This document shows, piece after piece, positions 39,421 to 50,709 of a DNA stretch of 64,000 nt (position 1 is the stretch's first letter; each line of letters starts with the position of its first letter). The translations under genes were made by a program, and so were the position numbers. The stretch is taken from NCBI RefSeq assembly GCF_009914755.1, contig NC_060927.1. The stretch is one strand, 5' to 3'. This DNA is from the human T2T-CHM13v2.0 reference genome, Homo sapiens. The notes beneath the pieces are model-generated. The model was given only the letters and a program-made list of their open reading frames with translations. It had not been told where the DNA came from and made no database searches.

Positions 39421-39818
39421 TTTGGAGCATATTTTTTAAAAAGTGAGGGCTTTGGGATCATACAGATCTGGGATTGAGTCTTTCAGGTATCAGCTGAGTG
39501 ATCCCCCAGGGCCTTGTCTTCTTCCTCTGTGAAGTGGAGATGATAATAGTACCAGCCTATGGTGTTGTTGTGAGAACTCAGGGAGATGAACAGCCTGGAA
39601 GTGCCCAGTAAAGAGAGGGAGGCCCATGAGGATTCCAAGGGCTGGGTTTCTGCTGCTGAGATAATGCAAGAGAATCCACTCACCTTTTTTAAAACTTAAT
39701 TTTTTTAATTTGAGAGAGTGCATTTTATTGATTAAAAAAGAGAGTTGGTAATGCTACTTTTTGTAGAAATACGAAGACAACATGAAGTTAGGACTAATGA
39801 GTCTTGGGAACTTGGTAC

Positions 39819-40194
39819 TTTTTTTTTCTAATCTTATTTTATTTAAGTTCCAGGATATATGTGCAGGACATATGCACCATGGAATACTATGCAACCATAA
39901 GAAGGACTGAGATCATGTCCTTTGCAGGGACATGGATGGAGCTGGAAGCCATTATCCTCAGCAAACTAACACAGGGACAGAAAACCAAACACCTCATGTT
40001 CTTGCTTATAAGTGGGAACTGAGCAATGAGAACACATGGACACAGGGAGGAAAACAACACACACTGGGGCCTGTTGGGGGGATAGCGGGAGGGAGAGCAT
40101 CAGGATAAATAGCTAATGCATATGGGGCTTACTACCTAGGTGATGGGTTGGTAGGTGCAGCAAACTGTCATGGCACACATTTATCTATGTAAAC
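39819..40194 (-). mobile_element. 5'-truncated, 5'-inverted primate L1 (L1PA-type 3'UTR): antisense terminus 39819-39870, sense segment 39871-40194
   Basis: T tract plus ttaagttccaggatatatgtgcaggaca, the reverse complement of the L1 terminus. It abuts sense caccatggaatactatgca...ggtgcagcaaac...catttatctatgtaaac. Confidence 0.85.
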
Positions 40195-40440
40195 TTTTTT
40201 AGGAGCAAGGGTCGTCTTTGCATGTGCAGGTAATGCTCACATGGGCAGCTTGCGTGGCTTCTCAAAGGTCGAGAGAGCATCAGGATAAATAGCTAATGCA
40301 TGTGGGGCTTACTACCTAGGTGATGGGTTAGTAGGTGCAGCAAACCGCCACGGCACACATTTATTTTTTTAGGAGCAAGCGTCGTCTTTGCATGTGCAGG
40401 TGATGCTCATGTGGGCAGCTTTTGTGGCTTCTCGAAGGCC
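40091..40440 (+). repeat. Tandem duplication: 180-bp unit (40091-40270) and 170-bp unit (40271-40440)
   Basis: Direct alignment at about 90% identity, with one 10-bp indel (CTATGTAAAC). Confidence 0.93.
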
Positions 40441-40819
40441 CATGATGAGAGGATGTCTCCTCCTTTCTCCTAATGCTGCCCAAGGTAAATGCCTGCAGAG
40501 AGACTGAGAGGCCCCAAGGCCCGGTTCCTTAAGGTCTGTCCACTGGGCCTGGCAAAGGAGGCATTGACCCTGCAGTGAAGGCTGGGCAGGGCCAGCTGTT
40601 GCAGCATTTCTGGGACAGAATGAGTGGGCCTGGCCTCCTGCCCTTTGTAGAACATCCACACCAGGGTGGGGAGGAGACAGTCAGGGCCTCTGAGGCCAGC
40701 TCCTCCCAGGGCTAGAAAAGCTGGCTTTTCTTCTCTTACCCCAAGTGGGACCTGCCTAGTCAGCCCCACACACCCTTCAAAGATGCTTTTTCAGGCCCAA
40801 AGGAATGACCCCTCTCTAG

Positions 40820-41015
40820 CCACTTAGCATTTACTGTGAGCCAGGTGCTCTGTGCACACTCTACAAACCTAGTCTCATTTTGTCTTCAGAACAACTCTGG
40901 CAGCTTGGAATGATGATTTTCCCCATTGTACCCATAAAGAAACTGAGGCTCAAAGAGGTGACCTCCTCAAGGTGGCCCAGCAGAGCTGGAACTCAACCAG
41001 ATCTGTCTGATTTTG
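40820..41015 (-). mobile_element. MIR SINE
   Basis: gcatttactgtgagccagg...ccccattgtacccataaagaaactgaggctcaaagaggtga...ctcaaccagatctgtctgatt. Confidence 0.8.
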
Positions 41016-41022
41016 TGAGATT

Positions 41023-41149
41023 TTATACTTGCTCTTCTTTCTCTCTTGACCCGTGGAAAACTTCTACCTTACCCAGAAGGGAAATGGCTGAAAATGAGAT
41101 TTAAGAACTGCTCAGATGAATCTGTCAGTCACAGATGGATGATATCAGG
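41023..41149 (+). repeat. Copy 2 of the 127-bp dispersed direct repeat
   Basis: Ungapped match to 37780-37906. Confidence 0.9.
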
Positions 41150-41353
41150 GGCTTGCTCGACTTTCTTTTTCCTCATATGCTTTCTAGATTGCAAGGCCCT
41201 GAGCACAGGATGGGGAGCTTCATTCTTTCTATAGTCTCCATGTGCTCTACAGGGTGCTCAGGAAATGGTGAGGGGGCATAGACCCACTAACATTAAGCTT
41301 CTTAGCAGCAGAAAGCCCCAAACACCTTTTGCCCTAACTTCCAATGCAATACA

Positions 41354-43669
41354 TGTATTAGTCCATATTCACGTTGCTGATAAACACATACCCGAGACTG
41401 GACAATTTATAAAAGAAAGAGGTTTATTGGTCTTACAGTTCCACGTGGCTGGGGAGGCTTCACAATCATAGCAGAAGGTGAGAGGCACATCTCCCATGGT
41501 GGTGGCAAGAGAGAATGAGAGCCAAGTGAAAGGGGTTTCCCCTTATCAAACCATCAGATTTTGTGAGACTTATTCACTACCATGAGAACAGTATGGGGGA
41601 ACTGCCCCCATGATTCAATTACCTCCCACCAGATCCCTCCTATAACACGTAGGAATTATGGGAATATAATTCAAGATGAGAGTTGAGTGGGACACAGAGA
41701 AAAACCATATCATTCTGCCCCTGGCCCCTCCTAAACCTCATGTCTTCACATTTCAAAACCAATCATGCCTTCCCAACAGTCCCCCAAAGTCTTATTTCAG
41801 CATTAACTCAAAAGTCCACAGTCCAAAGTCTCATCTGAAACAAGGCAAGTCCCTTCTGCCTATGAGTCTGTAAAATCAAAAGCAAGTTAGTTAGTTCCCA
41901 GACACAATGGAGGTACAGGCATTGGGTAAATACAACCCTTCCAAATGAAAGGAATCGGCCAAAACAAAGGGGCTACAGGCCTCATGCAAGTCTGAAATCC
42001 AGCAGGGCAGTCAAATCTTAAAGCTCCAAAATGATCTCCTTTGAATCCATGTCTCCTATCCAGGTCATGCTAATCCAAGAGGTGAATTCCCATGGTCGTG
42101 GGCAGCTCCACCCCTGTGGCTTTGCAGGGTACAGCCTCCCTCCTGGCTGCTTTCATGGGCTGGTGTTGAGTGTCAGCAACTTTTCCAGGCACATGGTGCA
42201 AACTGTCAGTGTATCTACCATTCTGGGATCTGGAGGACAGTGGTCCTCTTCTCACAGCTCCACTAGGTGGTGTCCCAGTAGGGACTCTGTGTAGGGGTTC
42301 TGACCCCACATTTCCTGTCTGCACTGCCTTAGCAGAGGTTCTCCATGAGCACCCTGCCCCTGTAGCAAACTTCTGTCTGGACATCCAGGCATTTCCATAC
42401 ATCTTCTGAAATCTAGGCAGAGGTTCCCAAACCCCAATTCTTGATTTATGTGCACTCCCAGGCTCAACACCACGTGGAAGCTGCCAAGGCTTGGGGCTTG
42501 CACCCTCTGAAGCCATGGCCGGAGCTCTACATTGGCCCCTTTAGCCATGACTGGAGTGGCTGGGACACAAGGCACCATGTCCCCAAGCTGCAGACAGCAT
42601 GGAACAGGAACTCTGAGACCAGCCCAGGACACCATTTTCTCCTAGGCCTCTGGGCCTGTGATGGGAGGGGCTGCTGTGAAGACTTCTGACATGCCCTCGA
42701 GACATTTTCCCTATTGTTTTGGGGATTAACATTCGGCTCCTGGTTACTTATGCAAATTTCTGCAGTCAGCTTGAATTTCTTCTCAGAAAATGGGTTTTTC
42801 TTTTCTATCACATTACTACAAATTTATCACATATCACAGGCTACAGATTTTCCAAACTTTTATGCTCTGCTTCCCTTACAAAACTGAATGCCTTTAACAG
42901 CACCCAAGTCACCTCTTGAATGCTTTGCTGCTTAGAAATTTCTTCCACCAGATACCCTAAATCATCTCTCTTAAGTTCAAAGTTCCACAAATATCTAGGA
43001 CAGTGGCAAAATGCCACCAGTCTCTTTGCTAAAACACAACAAGAGTCACGTTTGCTCCAGTTTCCAGCAAGTTCCTCATCTCCATCTGAGACCACCTCAG
43101 CCTGGATTTCATTGTCCATGTCATTATCCGCATTTTTGTCAAAGCCATTCAACAAATCCTGAGGGAGTTCCACACTTTCCCACATTGTTCTATCTTCTTC
43201 TGAGCCCTCTGAACTATTCCAGCCTCTGCCTGTTACCTATTTCCAAAGTCACTTCCACATTTTTGGGTATCTTTTCAGCAGCACCCCACTACCAATACCA
43301 ATTTACTGTATTAGTCCATTTTCACGTTGCTGATAAAGACATACCTGAGACTGGGCAATTTACAAAAGAAAGAGGTTTATTGGACTTAACAGTTCCATGT
43401 AGCTGGGGAAGCCTCACAATCATGGCAGAAAATGAAAGGCATGTCTCACATGGTGGCGGCAAGAGAGAGAATGAGAGCCAAGCAAAACAGGTTTCCCCTT
43501 ATCAAACCATCAGATCTCATGAGATTTATTCACTACCATGAGAACAGTATGAGGGAAACCACCCCCATGATTCAATTATCTCCCACTGGTCCCTCCCACA
43601 GCATGTGGGAATTGTGGGAGTACAATTCAAGATGAGATTTGGGTGGGGACACAGAGCCAAACCATATCA
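41354..43669 (-). mobile_element. Full-length THE1 (ERVL-MaLR) element: 5' LTR 43307-43669, internal 41713-43306, 3' LTR 41354-41712
   Basis: Two homologous ~360-bp LTRs read TGATATGG...CTAATACA on the minus strand. Polypurine tract next to the 3' LTR (plus strand ttctgcccctggcccctcc). Typical ~1.6 kb THE1 interior. 5-bp TSD ATACA/ATGCA. Confidence 0.96.
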
Positions 43670-45384
43670 ATGCAGAAATTTCCTCTCTGCATCTCCGACT
43701 GTGCTTGGTTCCTTCTAGCCACATGAGCTCATCCCAGGACTGGAGTTCTCAGCCAGGGAGGAGACTCTTCCACTGTTGACTGTGCCTGTTCCCACTCCCC
43801 AGCCACCACAGATATCCCCTGGGAGGCTCCTTGGGGCATAAATTTGAATGTGTTCCCATTCACTATCAGAATTCTGTTTCATATGGAATTGAGTACTATC
43901 TTCCTGCATCCTTGGTATGACTACCATAAGCATTTTCCTACTTGGGAACTTTGAGTGGTTTCTGCCCAAAGATATAGTGATGAATGAAACACTAGCTCTG
44001 AATTCCATGAGATTCTGGAAGATCTATTCCATTTCCCCTCTCAGCCTCTTGCTTAGAAGCATTTCTGCTGGGCAGCTTCTGAAAGATTTCTCCTTTCCTG
44101 CCCTCTAGGCCTTTGCTTGTAGCATTTGTTCCACTGGAATAGCCTGCCACTTTCTGCCAGCCTTCCAGGCCAGCATAAGTGCCAGAAATCCACTAAAAAC
44201 ACTTATCTCCATCAGTATGGTGTCATTTTCCTCCTTCCTTTCTGTGTCCCTTGTGTTTGATGTGAAGTTTGTCCTTAGTATGGAGCAGGAGCTTAAACAC
44301 AGGTGTTCCAGTGTCTTCCTGGGCTTTTAAAACTGCAAGGTTGAAATGCCCCATGGAAAATGGGCTCAGCTGACCCAAAACCATAACCCTGTTATAAAGC
44401 CTGGGATGGCTGGGCTGGATGATTCTCTCTTGCAGGTTTCTGCTCGCTCACTATGTCTGACAGGTGGTGGATGTCTTTCCCCATAGCTACACTGAAGGCA
44501 GAAGAGTGCTGTGATTGATGAGTAACGTCTGCCCTGGGCAGAAATGGGGGTTGGATGTGCATGTCACATATTTGCCATCTCCATTGCAATGTAGTTCCCT
44601 TATTTTACAAGTTGGAAAACTGGGGCTAGGAGAAAATAATGAACTTTAGAGAGAACACACAGGAACTTTAAGGGTAAGCTGCAATCGGAGCCAGGTGTCC
44701 TGTCCCTCTCAGTCCAGTAAGTTCTCCACTTGGCCTGGTAGTTAGGACTCGGTGTGAGCTTTGAGCACTCCTTTCCTGTGTGCTGGAGACCCTAAGCAGC
44801 TGTGGGCACCCTACAGACATTTCTTGAGTGCTTATCATGTGTCAGCAATGCGCAAAGGGTTGGGGATTCAAAAGTGAGAAAGCAGAGCACCCTGCTCTCA
44901 GGAAGCTTCCATTCCAGTTGGGGGAGACAGACAATAAACAATGAATGCCACGATATGATCTCAGATACTTATTTCTCTATCTGCAGCCAGACACAGAAGT
45001 GGCTACCTTCACCATTGTGGCTGTTTTCTTTTCCGTTCTCCTCCCAAGGATGTCTTTTCTATTGCTTGAAGTTTAGCTCCCTTTTGGCTTCTCCAGGGCA
45101 TGGAGCACCCCGGCTTGCCATTTCATTTCCTGGCTTTGAACAAGTTCCATGGTTATTAGCAAAGAAATGTGGTTCTGGGGGGAGATGATGAGGCTTCATC
45201 CTAACTGCTTGCTCAGCTGACACAAAAGAACCTGCCTGATCAGGCTGGGATTGGAAGCTGAAGTCTGGCTTGGTCTGGGAGCCCCTAGCCCAGTGCTGCC
45301 CATGGGATGTGGGTTCTGCAGCCCCACCATCATTGCCCACTCTGACTCCCCCTGCCTCAGTGGCTCCTAGCCAGGACTAGGTAG

Positions 45385-45565
45385 GACTGCTGGCCCAGGG
45401 TCATTTAGAAACAAGTGGGGGCATAGTTTTGGCTGCTAGAATGAATGGGAAACTTCTAGCATTTAGAGAGTGGGGGCTGGTGGGTAGACATCCTACAGGG
45501 AGTAGGACAGTCCTGCACAATGAATTATCCAAAATGTCAAGAGCCTCCCCTTTAAGGAACACTCC
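45385..45565. mobile_element. MER20-like MITE remnant
   Basis: agacatcctacagggagtaggacagtcctgcacaatgaattatccaaaatgtcaa. Confidence 0.55.
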
Positions 45566-46534
45566 TCAGGGGACAGCTTGGCCTAAACTGTCTTTCCCTG
45601 AGTCTGCATGGACATCTTGGGAAGAGCTTGGGGCTAGGAATTGCCGTCTTCAGGCCTTGCTCAGGCTTATCCTTCTCTGAGCCTCCCGTATTTAGCGCTT
45701 TGGTAAAATGGGGCTCAAGCAACTGACGTGATGGATTAAGGGGAGGCCAACTGCCCATCTGCCCTATGCACTCTCCATGCCTGGACATGGCTGTCCAGCC
45801 TCCTGGGCAAAAGCCCAGCCACAGTGACCCTCGTTCCCTGCTCCACACAAAGGGGCCACCGGGGTCGGCCTACACACCCAAACTCCCCCTGCACAGGATT
45901 GAACGGCTCCTCACCGCCCGCAGCGCAACCCTTTAGCCCAGTGACACTTTACTGGCAGGGCCCTGGTTGGCCCCAGGGCCGGCTGCCCAGGGAAGGGTTT
46001 GGCACCAGAGCGAGAGGCTGCAGAACATATTTCCAGTTGGGCTTACAGGCCAAGAGCCTCAGCCCCTTCCCACCACTGTTCCCACTGGCCCTGCCTGCCT
46101 GCCCAGCACATTAGCATTTAAATATCTCCAAAGTCGTCTCCACCAAAGCCCTCTCCCACCATGGAATCCACCAGGGAGGGAGCATTTGAATCCCTCTCCC
46201 AGACTCCCCTTTCCTCATAATGGCCATACTGTATTCATCAGCTTCTGTATGTGGCATTAGCCGAAAGAAGGAGCAAGGGCGCCTAGCAACCCAGAGGAGG
46301 CTGAGAAAGAGGTGGGAAGGAAGTGATTTTCATGTAATCATTCACTTCTACAAAAGCCGTTGTCAGGTACACACTGGAAACACAGCTGTTTTATTATTCT
46401 CCTAACCTACTTTTAATCTTTTGAGAATCCTTACCAATATAAAAGGCAAAAAGAAAGAGCTTAATTCAGCCATTTTCTGCCAGGCCATATAAGTTGTATT
46501 TTTGCCTCAAGCCAAGGCTCTGCTTACAAAAGTT

Positions 46535-46585
46535 GTGTGTGCGTGTGTCTGTGTGTGTGTGGGTCTGTGTGTGTGTGTGTGTGTG
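46535..46585 (+). repeat. Interrupted (TG)n microsatellite
   Basis: Directly visible in the sequence. Confidence 0.95.
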
Positions 46586-49500
46586 GTAGCTGTCTGTTTG
46601 AAAGAAAATGTAGAAGAAAGAAAAGGCTGTGGGTTGGAAGCCCCAGGAGGGCCCCAAGCTCTGATCTGGCTTCTTGGATCCAAAAGCCCATACCCCATGT
46701 ACTGTTGGGTCTGACGGTTTTCACACATCTTCTTGGCCAGGCGCTGGAACAGCAAGGAGCCTAGGAGGGATGAAGTGTTGGTTCTTCCCATCCATCTCTG
46801 TTGGACCCAAGCTGGTAGCCCTAAGAGGCATGTGTATCTGCTTTAGTGATGGGCAGTTCAGCATTTGGTGCTTCTCAGAAATCTGATTTAGTTCACCTGA
46901 TGGGAAGGGAAGCTGGGATGTTGGAAATGACGTGGGTGCTTGTTTGCATAGTATAGTTGAGAATCGTCAGCCACCAAAAGAAACCAGATTAAAGGGATGG
47001 TACCAGGTACTCCACTACACACTTTACATTCATTATGTCTTTCTTTCACAGGCAAGGAAGTTGAGGTTCAAAGAGGTGAAGTAATTTGCCCAGGGTTGCA
47101 TAGCAGTAAGCGAAAGAGCAGAGCTCCAAGCTGGGTCTGCTGACCCCAAAGTTTTTGCCCTTTTCATTAAGCTCCTGCAAGGCTCAAAGCATGGAGCCTG
47201 GCTAGAGCTATCTTGTTTAACTTAGGCCCCTTTTGCTTGGTGTTTCAGTGCCTTCTTCCAAGTGGGCCAGATTCCTGGGGCAATTAGGAGATTCATTTGT
47301 TCGTAAGCCCAAAGTGACTCCTCACGCTGGCCAGTGTGTACATTTCTCTAAAGTAAATGGACAAGTGACTTCCTCTCCCTGGGTGTTAGTTTATTCATCT
47401 ATAAAAGGGAGATAATAAATAACAATGGCACCCACCTTAACCGTGTGGACGAGGTGAGTTTAATACCTGTAAAGCACTTTCCATCTGGTATGTCATAGGT
47501 ACTAATAAAAGTTAGTTGGTGTCATTGTGATCATCAGCATGACTATCATCATACACCCTCTTACTGGTGCTTTCGTGGCAGGATGGGTTAATGCTGCATT
47601 TGTCAAAGACCTAAGGCATTACCACAGCAAACACAAGCCAATTCGAGGACATAGAGATGGATTTAATTGGTCGGTCAGCTGATGCTGGCTTTGGTGACAA
47701 GCAGAGGCATGCCCTTCTGTTCTGATTGGAGGCTCTCTTTGCAGATTTGAAAGCACATTTCTAGGGTAGCTTTTTTCTGTAAGCTGTGTTGCCATAAATG
47801 CTGTATAAAATCCCAGAGCAGCATCTGTACCTTCATGGGTAGGCGGGACCCTGGCCCCTACTGCCACTGAACTCACTGCCACACTGAACTCATCTCCCAT
47901 ACCCCTCCCCACAAGTTGCTCCTCTCTGCCAGATGTTGTATGAGAGCTTATCTGCCTTTGCTTGTTGTCTGTGTCTCCCGCTAAAGTGTAAGCTCCTTAA
48001 GGGTAGGAGCTCTGTAACATTTAGTGACAGCTTCAGCCTCCATTCCTGGGACTTGTGCCTGGCACATGGTAGACACTAAATGCATGCTTATGGTGGGGGG
48101 AAGAGGGAATAGGCTTTTTTGTTTCCTCCAGGTTTTTGAGTACTGGAATATCCTGGGAGGGAATGAACGTTGACTAAGCACCTGCTGCTCATGAGGGCTT
48201 CTGGCTGGGTTTCTGAATACTCTCCAGAGTATTTCTCAATGCTCTCCAAGAGCCAGGACGGTACTGAAGGTTTGTTTCACAAATGTTATTTCAACTTCTG
48301 TGTGTGAGAGAGACATGCTGCCCACATATGCACAATGACCATCTCCCCAGTCTCCCCAATTGGATAAGTCACTCCAAGAGGTAGGAAAAAGAAGTAAAGC
48401 TTTCTCCCCCAAACATCTAAGAAATTAGACATTCTACTTGCATGATCAAGGTAGGAATGTGGAGAAAAGGTGAGCATGTTTCCAGCAACCTACCTGTGTC
48501 TAACCTGGGGATGATGATGCTCACCTCAGGGCAGTGTGTGGAACACACAGGTCATAGGACATACAGTATTGTAAACTGTAAAGTGCTATCCATGTGGACT
48601 GGGACAGCGTGTGCTGAGTATCCATCATGATGACTGTAGCTAAAGTGTGGGTGGGGAAAATTTGTCCTTGTCCATCCATCCTTTCTTGCTTCTCCCAGCA
48701 AATGTCATCAAGGAGCTACTCTGTGCAGCCCTGTGGTCATAGCTGGGAAGGTGGGCTATGCCATTATTCATTGTTCTCTGTACCTACTGTGCACCAGGGC
48801 TCACTGGAACCAGTGGCCTTGAAAGAGGTGAGGTTGCCCCAGAGCTGGAGGTGGGACCACCTCTCTTCTAAAGGGGCCCCACTCCCCTGTTCCCATGCAA
48901 ATCTGTCCTCCAAACCTCTGAATGTGGACCGCCCACAGCTGCACTGCCAGAACGCCCCCCATTCATTGCTGCAGAACATGGGGAGTGATCCCTTTCTCAG
49001 CTACTGACCCAGCTTCCTTAGGGTTTGTTTTGTTGAGACTGTTTTCCCTTCAAATTGTGTCGAGAAATAGGAAGCCCTTTCTCTGCTGAGCTGCTCCCTT
49101 TGTAGCGTCCTGGGAGATGCTGGTCAGTAGGGCTCAGTTGCCTGGTCTTCCTTTCATTGAGGTGGGGTTGCCTTTGTTCTGTTTGACTTGACAGCTGCAG
49201 AGCTGTTTAAATCCCAGCTGAGACTACAGGCCTACTCAGCAGACCAGGAGGTCCTAGCTTTTCTCTGTAAAGTATAGAGCCAGAACGCTCTAGGTTCAAA
49301 CCCGACTCTCTCCCGTATAAGCTGTTTGACTTTTCAGGAGCCTATTTCCACTTCTGAAAAAATGGAGACAATAATACTTACCTAGTAAGATCATTAGCAA
49401 ATTATGAGATTGTGTACATGAGAGCCTGTAGTACGCACTAGGTTTCAGCAAACATTAACTCAAGGTTTTCACTTCTTAAGGCATTACCAAACCCACGGAA

Positions 49501-49714
49501 GGGCTGGTTCATGAATGTTCTGTTAGCTTATTTTACTAGACTTTCTTTCCCCTTTCGTCAAATCATTCTAATGCCCACCATGATTTTGTTTGTCTGTGCT
49601 TGTGGAATTTTTAGTTGAAGAAAGTAGCTGTAGGTGAAATAGACTTGGGATAATGCTTTGGCAGAGATAATGCTGTGTTCATGTCATTTATTTTTTCTCT
49701 TCTTGAGTAAATGG

Positions 49715-50075
49715 GAAGACGACATTCCCCAGAGTTCCTTGTCTTTAGTTTGCAACCAAGTCACTTGGGTGTGGCCAATGATATGTATTTGGGAGTGAAG
49801 GCAACCCTCAGGCCTAATCCTTAAAACCTTCCCAAGCAAACCTCCAGTTTCTCTGCCTCAGAGGCTGTGCTGGAAGCTTGTGTTGAGAGGTGGTGGTGTC
49901 ATAAAGGAAAAACACTTAATATCACAAATCATTGGGTGCAAGAGAGCCCCTTCACAGGGGCTATGCTTTAATCTTTGTGTGGGTGAGAAATAAACTTTTA
50001 TTGTGCTAAAATACTGAAATTTGTGGGTTTATTGTTTAATACAGCGTAACCTAGCAGTAATTATCTTAACAAATA
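49715..50075 (+). mobile_element. Old MaLR solo LTR (MLT1-type)
   Basis: MLT1 3' end gtgagaaataaacttttattgtgctaaaatactgaaatttg...acagcgtaacctag. Confidence 0.65.
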
Positions 50076-50709
50076 TACCACCTCACTGATGAGTTCATTA
50101 GTTCCTTTCTAGACTGAGAGGCAAGGATGACATTTGGAGCCGTGTTGCATTTTCACAACCACAGGCATCTGTTTAAGAAACAAACATATATCAGTTATGC
50201 TTTCTGTAAAGAGCCTAATGTTGCAGACTCCATGTAAAGACATCCCATGGTTCTTCATGGGATGTTTTCAAGAAATCTAATCCTGTACATTCTCAGGCTC
50301 TGCTATGCCCAAATGAGCATGTGTCTCAGCAGAAAAGCTGATCTCAACATTGGTTTTTCAATTGTGAAAAATAGAAGAGGCCAGGGAAGAAAATTTTAGA
50401 TCTGGAGTCAGGGAGATGTTAAGTTACTGCTAAAATCCTGATGATGATCAAATATATGTCTCTAGCCCAGACATCGATATGTAGCCCTAGACTTTCCATG
50501 TATCTCTTGAACATCTCACTTGATGTCTCAAACTTCCCTTCTCCAAATTAATACCCATTTCCCCACTTTATACCTTCAACCACCCTTAGAAAACCTGGAT
50601 CATCTAGTGTTGCACCCTCACCCACCATATTGCTCAGATCTGGGTATTCGTCTCTCACCTCCAGCCAAGATCAATCTTGTATAACTTGCCCTTTAAAGAT
50701 TTCTTGAGA

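Noticed and set aside
41676-43635. Cluster of overlapping ORFs on both strands
   Set aside because: All lie within the THE1 element and are short, broken frames with no gag/pol motifs.
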